Of a DNA stretch of 46,697 nt, positions 19,323 through 28,413 are shown in pieces (within the stretch, counting starts at the first letter, position 1; each line of letters starts with the position of its first letter). Source of the DNA: Candidatus Micrarchaeia archaeon (GTDB lineage: Archaea > Micrarchaeota > Micrarchaeia > Burarchaeales > JAVZCV01). The notes beneath the pieces were generated by a model that was not told the origin of the DNA, did no database searches, and saw nothing but the letters and a program-made list of their open reading frames with translations. The stretch is from the NCBI GenBank assembly GCA_038874215.1, contig JAVZCV010000006.1, forward strand, positions 1 to 46,697. The letters are read 5' to 3'. Made by a program: the position numbers and the translations under genes.

Positions 19323-19850
19323 ATGGGCAAATCAACAGGACCTACGTATAGAGTGGCTTTCAAAAGGAGAAGGCTTGGGCTTACCAACTACAAAAAGAGG
19401 TTTGCGCTTCTAAAGTCTGGCAAGCCAAGGTTTGTAGTCAGAAAAAGCCAGCGGAACATCATCACGCAGGTTCTTGACTACGATACAAAAGGCGATCGCG
19501 TTCTGGCATCTGCCCATTCATGTGAGTTGAAGAAGTTTGGTTGGCCTGTGAGGTCCAACACACCAACAGCATACCTAACAGGTCTGCTCGCAGGTTTGAG
19601 GGCGGTAAAAAACAAGGTGATTGATGCGGTGCCCGATATTGGCCTTAACAGAGCAACGCGTGGCTCTGTAGTTTTCTCTGCGATAAAAGGCGCGATTGAT
19701 GGGGGCATGAAAATAAGCATGGACCCCGCAATGGTTTCTGAAAACAGAATAAAAGGGGAGCACATTGCCGGATACTCAAAATATCCAGAAGCGAAAAATA
19801 TTGTGGAGTTATTTGAAAAAGTTAAAGAAGAAATTATACGTTCAGTCTGA
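19323..19850 (+). CDS. rpl18: 50S ribosomal protein uL18
   Basis: FKRRR.G.TNY, PRFVVRKS, NTPTAYLTG. Confidence 0.97.
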   Translation: MGKSTGPTYRVAFKRRRLGLTNYKKRFALLKSGKPRFVVRKSQRNIITQVLDYDTKGDRVLASAHSCELKKFGWPVRSNTPTAYLTGLLAGLRAVKNKVIDAVPDIGLNRATRGSVVFSAIKGAIDGGMKISMDPAMVSENRIKGEHIAGYSKYPEAKNIVELFEKVKEEIIRSV

Positions 19851-19859
19851 GGTGAAGAG

Positions 19860-20585
19860 ATGGCCGAGGAAGAAAGAGAAGAACAATGGGTTCCCAGAAC
19901 AGAAATAGGAAAAAAGGTTGCTGCTAAAGAAATAACATCAATAGATGAGATATTTTTCCTTGGCAAGCCCATCCTTGAGCATCAGATAGTTGACATGCTA
20001 CTCCCAAACCTCAAAGCAGAAACTCTTGAAATGTCTGTAACCCAGCGCATGACTGATTGTGGCAGAAAGTCGCAGTTCAAAGCAATAGTAATCGTCGGAG
20101 ACGGGAACGGTCATGTTGGCATTGGTGTAGGGAAAGCTGAGGAAGCACGGCCTGCAATAATATCTGCAGAAAGAGACGCGAAAAGAAACATAATTTCCGT
20201 ACCGCTTGGCTGTGGTTCTTGGGAGTGCGGGTGTGGCGGGGAGCATTCACTGCCAATTATTGTTAAGGGAAAAAGCGGTAGCGTTGAACTGACTCTTAAG
20301 CCGGCACCAAAGGGGCTTGGAATAGCAGCGAACGAAGTCGTGAAAAAAGTCCTATCAATAGCTGGCGTAAAGGACGCATGGAGCTTTTCAAGAGGCCATA
20401 CCGAAACCGTTTATAACACGGCGATGGCAACATACGATGCCCTGAACAGCCTGAACAGATTAAAGCTAAAGGGTTCTTTTGTAAAAGAAAAAGATGTGAA
20501 GAAAACAGATAGCGAACCCTCACCTACGGAAGTAGCAAAAACAGAAAAGAAACCGAAACAGGATGAGGAAAAAAATGAGAAATAG
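19860..20585 (+). CDS. rps5: 30S ribosomal protein uS5
   Basis: WVPRT.IG, QRMTDCGR, GCGSWECGCG..HS, PAPKGLG. Confidence 0.98.
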   Translation: MAEEEREEQWVPRTEIGKKVAAKEITSIDEIFFLGKPILEHQIVDMLLPNLKAETLEMSVTQRMTDCGRKSQFKAIVIVGDGNGHVGIGVGKAEEARPAIISAERDAKRNIISVPLGCGSWECGCGGEHSLPIIVKGKSGSVELTLKPAPKGLGIAANEVVKKVLSIAGVKDAWSFSRGHTETVYNTAMATYDALNSLNRLKLKGSFVKEKDVKKTDSEPSPTEVAKTEKKPKQDEEKNEK

Positions 20586-20594
20586 GTGTGTTTA

Positions 20595-21014
20595 ATGCCA
20601 AAGCTTATGGCGGTTATACGCGTCAGAGGTTCTTCGGGCATACCGCCCAAGGTAAGGTCTACACTTGCAATGCTCAATCTCTGCGCAGTAAACAACTGTG
20701 CTCTTGTAGATGACAGACCATCATACAAAGGTATGCTAAAACTATGTAAGGACTATATAACGTGGGGCGAGATAAATGGGCAAACCCTCATGAAACTCAT
20801 GGTGAAGAAAGGGGGCATTGACGAGAAAAAGGCAGAGGAGCTTGCAAAAAAGCTTCTGAATCTTGAGATAAAAACAGAGGAGTGCAGTCTGCCTGCTGTA
20901 TTCAGGTTGCACCCGCCGAGGAGAGGATACAAGCATGTAAAAAAGGCATTCCCACATGGCGCTCTCGGATACCGAGGTGAAAAAGTAAATGAACTAATAA
21001 TGAGGATGTTGTAG
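20595..21014 (+). CDS. rpl30: 50S ribosomal protein uL30
   Basis: AVIRVRG, KDYITWGE, FRLHPPRRG, GALGYRG. Confidence 0.97.
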   Translation: MPKLMAVIRVRGSSGIPPKVRSTLAMLNLCAVNNCALVDDRPSYKGMLKLCKDYITWGEINGQTLMKLMVKKGGIDEKKAEELAKKLLNLEIKTEECSLPAVFRLHPPRRGYKHVKKAFPHGALGYRGEKVNELIMRML

Positions 21015-21017
21015 GTG

Positions 21018-21458
21018 ATGTTCTTGGTAAGGCGTCATAAGAAGAAAATAACAAAATACCGCGGAAGCCGAACATGTGGCGGGGGAAATGTGAAGAACAG
21101 AAGAGGGAAGGGAAACAGAGGCGGGAAGGGTTTTGCGGGGTCAAAAAAACACAGGAAATCATTCATAATAACATATATGCCAGGCCATATAGGCAGCAGG
21201 GGTTTCACGCCTCTTACGAGAGAAAAGAATGCGATAAACCTACGTGATATATCTTTAATGGTTGAGAAAGGAATGCTTCAGAAGGACGGCGACACGTATG
21301 TTTTTGAATTCCACGGAAAGATACTCGGCAAGGGAGATATTGATGTGCCATTGAGGGCAAGGGCTATCTCCTTCTCTCAAAGTGCGAAAACCAAGATAGA
21401 GAATGCAGGCGGGGAGGTCCGGTTGCTCAAGCCTATTTCTCCAGATGGTGATACATAG
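21018..21458 (+). CDS. rpl15: 50S ribosomal protein uL15
   Basis: RGSRTCGGG, RGGKG.AG, KILGKG, KIENAGG. Confidence 0.97.
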   Translation: MFLVRRHKKKITKYRGSRTCGGGNVKNRRGKGNRGGKGFAGSKKHRKSFIITYMPGHIGSRGFTPLTREKNAINLRDISLMVEKGMLQKDGDTYVFEFHGKILGKGDIDVPLRARAISFSQSAKTKIENAGGEVRLLKPISPDGDT

Positions 21459-21467
21459 CGTGATTGC

Positions 21468-22952
21468 ATGGGCCTTGAAGTTTTTGAGCCAATAATAAAT
21501 GTTCTCCCCGAGGTGAAGCCTCCTTTGCGGGCACCTCCGCTTCGTGAAAAGTTATTTTGGACTGCAACAGCACTCATACTTTTCTTCATAATGTATCACG
21601 TATATCCGATAGGCGTCATACGGGTTTCTGGGCATTTTGAATTTCTGCAGATGATAATGGCAAGCAAAACAGGGACGATAATAACGGCAGGCATAGGTCC
21701 GATAGTTCTTGCTTCAATATTCCTCCAACTATTTGTAGGCTCTAAAATAATAGAGATGGACCTATCAGATCCGCGCCAGAAAAGGATTTTCACGGGAACG
21801 CAGAAGCTACTCGCAATAGTTCTGTGTTTCATTGAGCCAGCCATGTATGTTATATCGGGCTATGTGCGTGTTTATGGCATGCCCGACCCCTTAACGGGCA
21901 GTGTTTTATACCCCCCTCTTCTTGGCAGCCTGCATTTCACTATGGCAATTGTTATACTCCAAATGGCTCTTGGCTCAATAATACTCCTCTATCTTGATGA
22001 GCTTGTTTCGCGCTATGGAATAGGGAGCGGGATAAGTCTCTTCATAGCCGCAGGCGTTTCTCTTGCAATAGTCCAGGGTACGCTTTCCCTTCTTCTGCCA
22101 GGTGCAATATCCCAGCTGAAAGAAGGGGGTGCAAATGCCGTTGCAAATGCGCTCCTCTCCTTCCTTCCTCTCGTCTTTACTCTTGCAGTATTTGCTGCAT
22201 GCGCATATGCGGAGGGCATGAAAGTTGAAATTCCGCTTGCTTTTGAGAGGGCGCGTGGCGTCGGGGGGCGCTTCCCCATAAAATTCCTTTACGTTTCAAA
22301 CATCCCTGTAATACTCGCATCTGCCCTCATGCTTAACATACAGCTCTGGGGAAGAATGATAGCTAGCACGCAGTTCTATATAGGCGGTGTCAACATAATT
22401 GACTACATAGTGCGCAGTGATGGCAATACTATCCGCGACGGATTTCTCTATTTTATAACACCGTCATTTCCAAACCCGATTATAATTGGTACAACAGATA
22501 GTGGATTCAATTCGGTCAAAGGCTATACAACATACCTCGCCATGCTTTCTGGGACAACACCGTATACGAATATACCTGAATTGTTCCATGTTATAACGTA
22601 CGCAATTACAATGGTTATATTATGCGTTATTTTCGGATGGTTCTGGATAGACACTACGGGCATGGGGCCTAAAGATGTTGCAGAGCAACTAAAGAAATCA
22701 GGTCTCCAGATACCGGGTTTCAGGAGAGACCCGCGCGTTATTGAGAAAGTTCTTGAGCGCTACATACCTGTGATAACTATACTTGGCAGTGCGTTTGTAG
22801 GCATACTTGCGGTTTTCGCAGACCTCACTGGGGCTCTTGGCACGGGAACAGGCGTTCTGCTTACCGTAGGACTTCTTTTCAGAATGTATGAGGACCTAAG
22901 CGCACAGCATCTCTTTGATCTATATCCAGAATTTAAAAACATCCTCTCGTGA
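21468..22952 (+). CDS. secY: Preprotein translocase subunit SecY/Sec61alpha
   Basis: GIGPIV, GIGSGISLFIAAGV, FLYVSNIPVIL, QIPGFRRD, GTGTGVLLTV. Confidence 0.98.
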   Translation: MGLEVFEPIINVLPEVKPPLRAPPLREKLFWTATALILFFIMYHVYPIGVIRVSGHFEFLQMIMASKTGTIITAGIGPIVLASIFLQLFVGSKIIEMDLSDPRQKRIFTGTQKLLAIVLCFIEPAMYVISGYVRVYGMPDPLTGSVLYPPLLGSLHFTMAIVILQMALGSIILLYLDELVSRYGIGSGISLFIAAGVSLAIVQGTLSLLLPGAISQLKEGGANAVANALLSFLPLVFTLAVFAACAYAEGMKVEIPLAFERARGVGGRFPIKFLYVSNIPVILASALMLNIQLWGRMIASTQFYIGGVNIIDYIVRSDGNTIRDGFLYFITPSFPNPIIIGTTDSGFNSVKGYTTYLAMLSGTTPYTNIPELFHVITYAITMVILCVIFGWFWIDTTGMGPKDVAEQLKKSGLQIPGFRRDPRVIEKVLERYIPVITILGSAFVGILAVFADLTGALGTGTGVLLTVGLLFRMYEDLSAQHLFDLYPEFKNILS

Positions 22953-22961
22953 GGTGGTGCG

Positions 22962-23513
22962 GTGATAATCGTTCTAGGGACACCCGGGGCAGGAAAAACA
23001 ACAATACTAAATGAGGCTAAGAAACGTCTTTCTTCTGATTGGGTTTTCATAAACTACGGGGACCTGATGTTTAAACTTGCAAGTGAAGAGAATTTCGTTA
23101 AGCACCGCGACGAGATGCGTTTACTTCCATTAAGCGTGCAGAAAAAACTTCAGGCAAAAGCAGCAGAAGAATTGCAAAAAAGCGGGGAAAAAACAATACT
23201 GGATACTCACTGCTCAATAAAAACACCCAACGGCTATCTCCCTGGCCTTCCTTTTGAGCTTCTCTCAAAAATGCGTGTTGAGAACCTTATTCTCATAAGC
23301 GCCCCGATAGAGGATATAATGAGGAGGAGGGTTGCAGACACCACAAGGTCACGGGATAAAGAGAAGATAGAGGAGCTTGAGGAGCATATGGCAATAAACA
23401 AGTTTCTCCTCTCAACATATTCTGTAATAACGGGCGCCCCATTCCTAATAATTGAGAACCGCGATGGCTCTCTCAAAGAGGCTGTTGAAAGATTCCTATC
23501 CGTAGTTAAATAG
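22962..23513 (+). CDS. adkA: Archaeal adenylate kinase
   Basis: GTPGAGKTT, NYGD.M, RDEMR.L, DTH, GYLPGLP. Confidence 0.95.
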   Translation: MIIVLGTPGAGKTTILNEAKKRLSSDWVFINYGDLMFKLASEENFVKHRDEMRLLPLSVQKKLQAKAAEELQKSGEKTILDTHCSIKTPNGYLPGLPFELLSKMRVENLILISAPIEDIMRRRVADTTRSRDKEKIEELEEHMAINKFLLSTYSVITGAPFLIIENRDGSLKEAVERFLSVVK

Positions 23514-23523
23514 CGTGGTTCAC

Positions 23524-24291
23524 ATGATTGACAGCGCCCTCGCCCCATATTTCATTATCTCCTTCGCTATTCTCTACTCCTTAATTTCCTCGCTCATAAC
23601 ATTCAGGTTTGGGGGTAGAAAACGGCTAAAGGAAATACAGGAGGAGATAAACCAGCTTAAAAAAGAAATGGAGGAGGCAATAAAAAGCAACGACAAGCTG
23701 AGGAGAAAAAAGGCTGAGAAGAAACAGCACGAGCAGCTTCCCAGGCTTACCTCTGAGATGATGAAAATCTCAATGACCTCAATGCTCCTGATAGTACCCT
23801 TCTTCTTTGCTTTCCTATGGGTCATGAATTCAATGGTGCCAGGCTCAAGCGATGATATACGGCTCATACCAACCAACTCTTCCGCGTGTGCGGGCGTTGA
23901 TGTTGCATGCGCTACATACCAGCTAAAAGATACCGATACTGAAGGACTTTGGGTTGCTCTTGCAAAATCGCCAGAAAGCGAAAATGCAACAACATTCTAT
24001 GTGGGGAACACAAGCACGCTAATGCCAGAACCGAGGTACAATGAGCATGGAAATCTGATAATAAAGGCAGACAAAAATCTCTATTCAAAAGGAGAAAACA
24101 TAACGATTTTGGTCCAAGGCAACAACACAAACAATACACAGATATTCCTTGACAGGGGAACTCGCTTTTACTTTGTGCTTCCGTTTTCAATACCTTTTGC
24201 TGGCAACACCCTTGATGCATCTGGTCTTTTCATATCATGCGTTCTCATAACAAGCATAATTTTATCTCAGGTGATGCAGAAGTTCATTTAG
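23524..24291 (+). CDS. DUF106 (EMC3/TMCO1, Oxa1-superfamily) membrane protein with extracytoplasmic insertion
   Basis: TM1-coiled coil-TM2 ... LPF.IP-TM3 architecture; conserved position after secY-adk. Confidence 0.8.
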   Translation: MIDSALAPYFIISFAILYSLISSLITFRFGGRKRLKEIQEEINQLKKEMEEAIKSNDKLRRKKAEKKQHEQLPRLTSEMMKISMTSMLLIVPFFFAFLWVMNSMVPGSSDDIRLIPTNSSACAGVDVACATYQLKDTDTEGLWVALAKSPESENATTFYVGNTSTLMPEPRYNEHGNLIIKADKNLYSKGENITILVQGNNTNNTQIFLDRGTRFYFVLPFSIPFAGNTLDASGLFISCVLITSIILSQVMQKFI

Positions 24292-24299
24292 GTGCGGCT

Positions 24300-24821
24300 A
24301 TGAAGGCAAAACCCATAATATGCATATCCGGCTTCTCGGCTAGCGGCAAAACAACAGTCGGGAAAAAAGTTGCGAAGCTACTCGGTTTAAAGCACATCCA
24401 CTACTCGTTCAAGCATATCGCAAAGAAAAAAGGAGTTTCTCTCATGCATATCCAAAAAATTGCAGAGAAAGATAAGAAGCTTGACCTTGATTTTGATGCG
24501 AGAGTCGTTGAGTCTGCGAAAGAAGGCGGCTGCGTAGTAACCACATGGCTCTCTCCATGGATGGTTAAGAATGCAGACCTTCGCGTATGGCTTGAGGCAA
24601 CAGAAGAGACCCGCGCGCGGAGGCTTGCTGGCAGGGAAAAAACATCCTTCAAAAGCGCACTCAGACACATAAGAGAGAGGGATGCGAGCAACATACGGAG
24701 ATACATACGATACTATGGGATAGATATACGAGACCATTCAAACTTTGATTTGATCATAAATTCGGAGCGCTTCTCACCCGATACGATAGCAAGGATAATA
24801 AAAGCATCAATGGAGGTTTGA
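24300..24821 (+). CDS. cmk: Cytidylate kinase (archaeal)
   Basis: ISGFSASGKTT, ADLRVWL.A..E.RA.R, RY..YYGID, DLIINS; ATG at 24300. Confidence 0.93.
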   Translation: MKAKPIICISGFSASGKTTVGKKVAKLLGLKHIHYSFKHIAKKKGVSLMHIQKIAEKDKKLDLDFDARVVESAKEGGCVVTTWLSPWMVKNADLRVWLEATEETRARRLAGREKTSFKSALRHIRERDASNIRRYIRYYGIDIRDHSNFDLIINSERFSPDTIARIIKASMEV

Positions 24822-24825
24822 TAAC

Positions 24826-25053
24826 ATGTTTGAGAAAGGGACTGTTTGCATAAAGCTCTGCGGAAGGGACGCAGGCTCGCGCTGTGTTGTAGTTGGCAAA
24901 TCGGGGAAATTTGTTGAAGTAGCGTGCCCAGAGCGTAAAAAAATACGGCGATGCAATCCAGCCCATCTAAAAATAACTGGTGAAAAGATAAATGCCGAGG
25001 AGTTCCTGCAATCCATGAAAAAAGAAAAAGGCAAGGGTGTCTCCAATTCCTGA
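24826..25053 (+). CDS. rpl14e: 50S ribosomal protein eL14
   Basis: GTVCIKLCGRDAG..CVVV, RRCNPAHL. Confidence 0.93.
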   Translation: MFEKGTVCIKLCGRDAGSRCVVVGKSGKFVEVACPERKKIRRCNPAHLKITGEKINAEEFLQSMKKEKGKGVSNS

Positions 25054-26038
25054 GAAAAATCCATCCGCAAATTTTCTTGAAATACCATTTCTCATACGGG
25101 ATGCAAAAACAGACTACTCGTACGGTAAGCCGCCTTCAGAGAGGACGATAGATGAATTACTTGATTCCTCTGTTGTTGTAGTTGATAAGCCCTGCGGACC
25201 GTCAAGCCATGAAGTGACAAAATGGGTGGGGAAGATACTCGGAGTGAAAAAAACGGGGCACGGCGGCACTCTTGACCCAAATGTTTCGGGTGTTCTCGTG
25301 GTAGGCTTGAACAGGGCGACGAAGGCTATGGTATTCTTTTCAAAAAGCGAAAAAGAGTATGTCGGAATAATGCGATTCCACAGAGAAATAAGCGAAGAAA
25401 GCGTGAGGCTTCTCTTCCAAAAATTCACGGGAGAGATAGACCAGCTGCCTCCTGTAAAATCGGCAGTCAAAAGGAGAGTGCGCACGAGAAAGATAAATGC
25501 ACTTGAACTCGTTGAAATGCATGGAAGAGACGTTTTATTCCGCGTGGAGTGCGAAGCTGGCACGTATATCAGAAAGCTTTGCCATGACATAGGTAAAGAA
25601 GTAGGAGGCGCGCACATGGTGGAATTGAGAAGGACGAGGGCAGGCAGTTTTTCAGAGAAAAACTGCGTAACACTCCATACGCTTTCTGATGCATACTGGC
25701 TCTGGAAAGAAAAAGGGGACGAAAAGATGCTGAGAAAATTTCTGATACCTCTTGAAAGCGCGCTCAACCTCCCAAAGCTTTATATAAACGATGGAGCGGT
25801 TGATGCGATATGCAGCGGCGCACAGCTTGCCGCGCCTGGCGTTGTAGGTGGTGATAGATTTAAAAAAAATAGCATCATAGCAATCACCACGCTCAAGGGC
25901 GAGCTCGTCGCCGTAGCACTCGCGCTTGAAGATATAGAAACAATAGCGAAGATGGAGAAAGGATATGTCGCAAAGACCCTCCGCGTTTTCATGAAGGAGG
26001 GCACATACCTACGCGTGTGGGGTAGGAGAAGAGAATAA
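25037..26038 (+). CDS. cbf5: H/ACA RNA-guided pseudouridine synthase Cbf5 (TruB family)
   Basis: DKPCGPSSHEV, GHGGTLDP (catalytic Asp), QLPPVKSAVKR, EAGTYIR, C-terminal PUA domain. Confidence 0.96.
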   Translation: MSPIPEKNPSANFLEIPFLIRDAKTDYSYGKPPSERTIDELLDSSVVVVDKPCGPSSHEVTKWVGKILGVKKTGHGGTLDPNVSGVLVVGLNRATKAMVFFSKSEKEYVGIMRFHREISEESVRLLFQKFTGEIDQLPPVKSAVKRRVRTRKINALELVEMHGRDVLFRVECEAGTYIRKLCHDIGKEVGGAHMVELRRTRAGSFSEKNCVTLHTLSDAYWLWKEKGDEKMLRKFLIPLESALNLPKLYINDGAVDAICSGAQLAAPGVVGGDRFKKNSIIAITTLKGELVAVALALEDIETIAKMEKGYVAKTLRVFMKEGTYLRVWGRRRE

Positions 26039-26067
26039 AAATTTACTCATCCAAAAGTATAGCCACT

Positions 26068-26323
26068 GCCGGGGTGGCAGAACCTGGTAATGCGTACGGC
26101 TGGAGACCGTATGGCTCTTTTGAGCCTTATGGGTTCCCGCCCCTTTTTTCTTCGCAAAAAGGGGAAGAAAGGCGGTGCCGTTTTCAGGGCATATGTCTCT
26201 CTCCAGAGAGATGCACGATACATTTATGCAGCACTGGACAAGATGAAATCGTGCTGCTTTTACTAATCACCGCCTCTTTCCTATGAAGAAAGAAAGGGCG
26301 GCCTAGAAATCCCATCCCCGGCG
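26068..26323 (+). tRNA. tRNA-Ser(GGA) with a 170-nt intron at position 56/57
   Basis: Acceptor GCCGGGG/CCCCGGC-G; anticodon arm TACGG-CTGGAGA-CCGTA; long variable arm GGCTC-TTTT-GAGCC. T arm ATGGG-TTC|AAAT-CCCAT is restored by removing 26137-26306. Confidence 0.93.
26137..26306 (+). other. tRNA-Ser T-loop intron (BHB type)
   Basis: Central helix GGGT/GCCT, bulges TC|C and AG|A, long closing stem. Confidence 0.85.
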
Positions 26324-26337
26324 TTTGAGGTGTTCAG

Positions 26338-26877
26338 TTGGAAAAGGGAAAAACTGTTGGGAAAGAGTCACCATCGGAGATACGTGGAATCGTAAGAATA
26401 GCGGGAAAGGACATTAAAGGAACGATGAGGCTTACCCGTGCGTTATATCAAATAAAGGGAATCGGAATTAGATTAAGCAGGATACTGGCAGATGTTGCGA
26501 TACGGGAGATGCGTCTCCCAGAAGACGTGATGCTCGGGCAACTCACAGAGGAGCAGAGCGATAGGCTTGAAGAGATTTGCATGCACCCAGAAAGATATGT
26601 TCCGCCTTATCTGCTAAACAGGCAAAAAGACATTGAAACAGGAGAAAGCATCCATTTAATAGGGAGTGACCTAACATTCAGAGTTAAGCAGGATATAGAG
26701 AAAGAGAAGGAGATTCTCTCATGGCGTGGTTTCAGGCACACGTATGGCAAGAAAGTGCGCGGTCAGAGAACGAGAACAACAGGAAGGAAAGGAATGACCG
26801 TTGGAGTTATAAGGCGTGCAGTAGCTCCTAAACCAGGCGCTGCTGAAAAGAAAGAAGAGAAAAAGGAAAAGAAATAG
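26338..26877 (+). CDS. rps13: 30S ribosomal protein uS13
   Basis: IVRIAGKDI, IKGIG, LNRQKD.ETG, SWRGFRH..GKKVRGQRTRTTGR; TTG start after GAGGTG. Confidence 0.97.
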   Translation: MEKGKTVGKESPSEIRGIVRIAGKDIKGTMRLTRALYQIKGIGIRLSRILADVAIREMRLPEDVMLGQLTEEQSDRLEEICMHPERYVPPYLLNRQKDIETGESIHLIGSDLTFRVKQDIEKEKEILSWRGFRHTYGKKVRGQRTRTTGRKGMTVGVIRRAVAPKPGAAEKKEEKKEKK

Positions 26878-26886
26878 CGTGGTTTT

Positions 26887-27399
26887 ATGGGGGACCCAAG
26901 AAGGCTGAGAAAAAAATACGAGACTCCGCGAAAAACATGGGATGCTGCGAGGATTGAGGAGGACCGCAACCTCCTCATAGAATATGGTCTTAGGAGTATG
27001 CACGAACTCTGGACGATGGAGTCCGAGCTAAAAAAGCTAAGGCGCTCTGCAAGAAGGCTTCTCGCTTTGGGAGCAAGCGGTCAGAAGGAAGCGCAGCAAA
27101 TTCTTGATAAAGCAACTCGGCTTGGCCTTCTCAAAAGTGGCGCCTCCCTTGACGATTTGCTTTCACTTTCTGTTCGCGACGTTCTTGAAAGAAGGCTGCA
27201 AACACTCGTTTTCAAGAAAGGACTTGCGCTTTCAATGAAGCAGAGCAGACAGCTCATAACACACGGCTTCATATCCGTAGCAGGTAGAAAGGTAACATCG
27301 CCCAGCTATCTGGTTGGAACTGAAGAAGAAAACCAAATTTCCTACTATAAAGCTTTTGATTTTGGTGGTTCAATTGGCGGAGGAAAGCAGGCAGGATAA
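26887..27399 (+). CDS. rps4: 30S ribosomal protein uS4
   Basis: MGDP....KKYETP, EYGL, LERRLQT.V, RQLITHG. Confidence 0.97.
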   Translation: MGDPRRLRKKYETPRKTWDAARIEEDRNLLIEYGLRSMHELWTMESELKKLRRSARRLLALGASGQKEAQQILDKATRLGLLKSGASLDDLLSLSVRDVLERRLQTLVFKKGLALSMKQSRQLITHGFISVAGRKVTSPSYLVGTEEENQISYYKAFDFGGSIGGGKQAG

Positions 27400-27817
27400 A
27401 AAGGCTCCCGAAGCCGAGAGAGAGACGAGACTTGGCGATAAGATCGGGATAGTGCACGTCTACTCTTCAAAAAACAACACGATAATTACTCTTACAGACC
27501 CCAGCTGTGCTGAAACGATAGCGAAGGCGAGTGGTGGAATGATAGTAAAAGCCGATAGGGAAAAAGGCTCCCCATACGCTGCTATGCAGGCAGCATTCAT
27601 GGTTGCAGAGAAGGCAAAAGAAAGGGGCATAGGCAGAATACACATAAAGATAAGGGCACCCGGAGGGCACAAATCAAAAACCCCAGGACCAGGTGCGCAG
27701 GCTGTTGTTAGAGCCCTTGCCCGATCTGGTTTAAGAATAGGAAAAATAGAGGACGTGACACCAATCCCGACGGATACCACCAAGAGACCGGGCGGGAAGA
27801 GAGGCAGGCGTGTGTAG
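27374..27817 (+). CDS. rps11: 30S ribosomal protein uS11
   Basis: [33 protein letters not shown]...[10 protein letters not shown]; in-frame TTG at 27374 after GGTGG. Confidence 0.96.
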   Translation: MAEESRQDKKAPEAERETRLGDKIGIVHVYSSKNNTIITLTDPSCAETIAKASGGMIVKADREKGSPYAAMQAAFMVAEKAKERGIGRIHIKIRAPGGHKSKTPGPGAQAVVRALARSGLRIGKIEDVTPIPTDTTKRPGGKRGRRV

Positions 27818-27826
27818 GGTGTTATA

Positions 27827-28405
27827 ATGAAACTTGAAATAACAAAGCGTGATGAGAACGAGTGCGATTTCGTCCTTAAGGGCGTTAGCACATCATTCGC
27901 AAATGCGATAAGGCGTAGCGTTATGGGAAAGGTTCCCATTCTTGCGATAGATGTGGTTACATTCTACGAAAACAGCTCTGCCCTCTTTGATGAATTTATC
28001 GCAAACAGGCTCGGCCTGCTCCCAATAATCACTCCTGAAGACTACACGGAAAAAGACGAAGTGGTTTTCATGCTTGATAAGGAAGGCCCATGCACAGTTT
28101 ATTCGGGCGATTTGAAGAGCACGGACAAAAAAGTCCGCTGTGCATACGATAACATACCGATAATAAAACTCCTTGAAGGCCAGAGGCTGAGGCTTGAGGC
28201 GAAGGCGAGGCTTGGGTTAGGCAGAAAGCATGCGAAGTTCCAGCCCGCCCTCATCTCCTACTCATACGATGAGAAGAATGAAACGTATCAGTTCCATGCA
28301 GAGTCATTTGGCAACATGCCTATAGAAAAGGTCATCATGCGTGCTGTTGATATTCTTGAGAAAAAGTGCGATTCTTTTATTAAGGAGGTGGAGGAAATCG
28401 CGTAG
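27827..28405 (+). CDS. rpoD: RNA polymerase subunit D (Rpo3), short form without the Fe-S domain
   Basis: FANAIRR, ENSSALFDEFIANRLGLLP, GRKHAKFQP; 192 aa. Confidence 0.95.
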   Translation: MKLEITKRDENECDFVLKGVSTSFANAIRRSVMGKVPILAIDVVTFYENSSALFDEFIANRLGLLPIITPEDYTEKDEVVFMLDKEGPCTVYSGDLKSTDKKVRCAYDNIPIIKLLEGQRLRLEAKARLGLGRKHAKFQPALISYSYDEKNETYQFHAESFGNMPIEKVIMRAVDILEKKCDSFIKEVEEIA

Positions 28406-28413
28406 CTACGCAT

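Noticed and set aside
26213-26254. Hammerhead-ribozyme-like arrangement in the tRNA-Ser intron (GCACGA-UA ... GAAA-UCGUGC)
   Set aside because: Stem III and GAAA fit, but the essential CUGANGA core and a proper stem II are absent.
26137-26306. Group I intron or box C/D guide RNA interpretation of the Ser intron
   Set aside because: The 5' exon ends in C, the length is short, no P7 core is recognisable, and BHB geometry explains the junctions. Only degenerate boxes (CTGG, AGATGA, CTAA) are present, with no clean RUGAUGA/CUGA pair.
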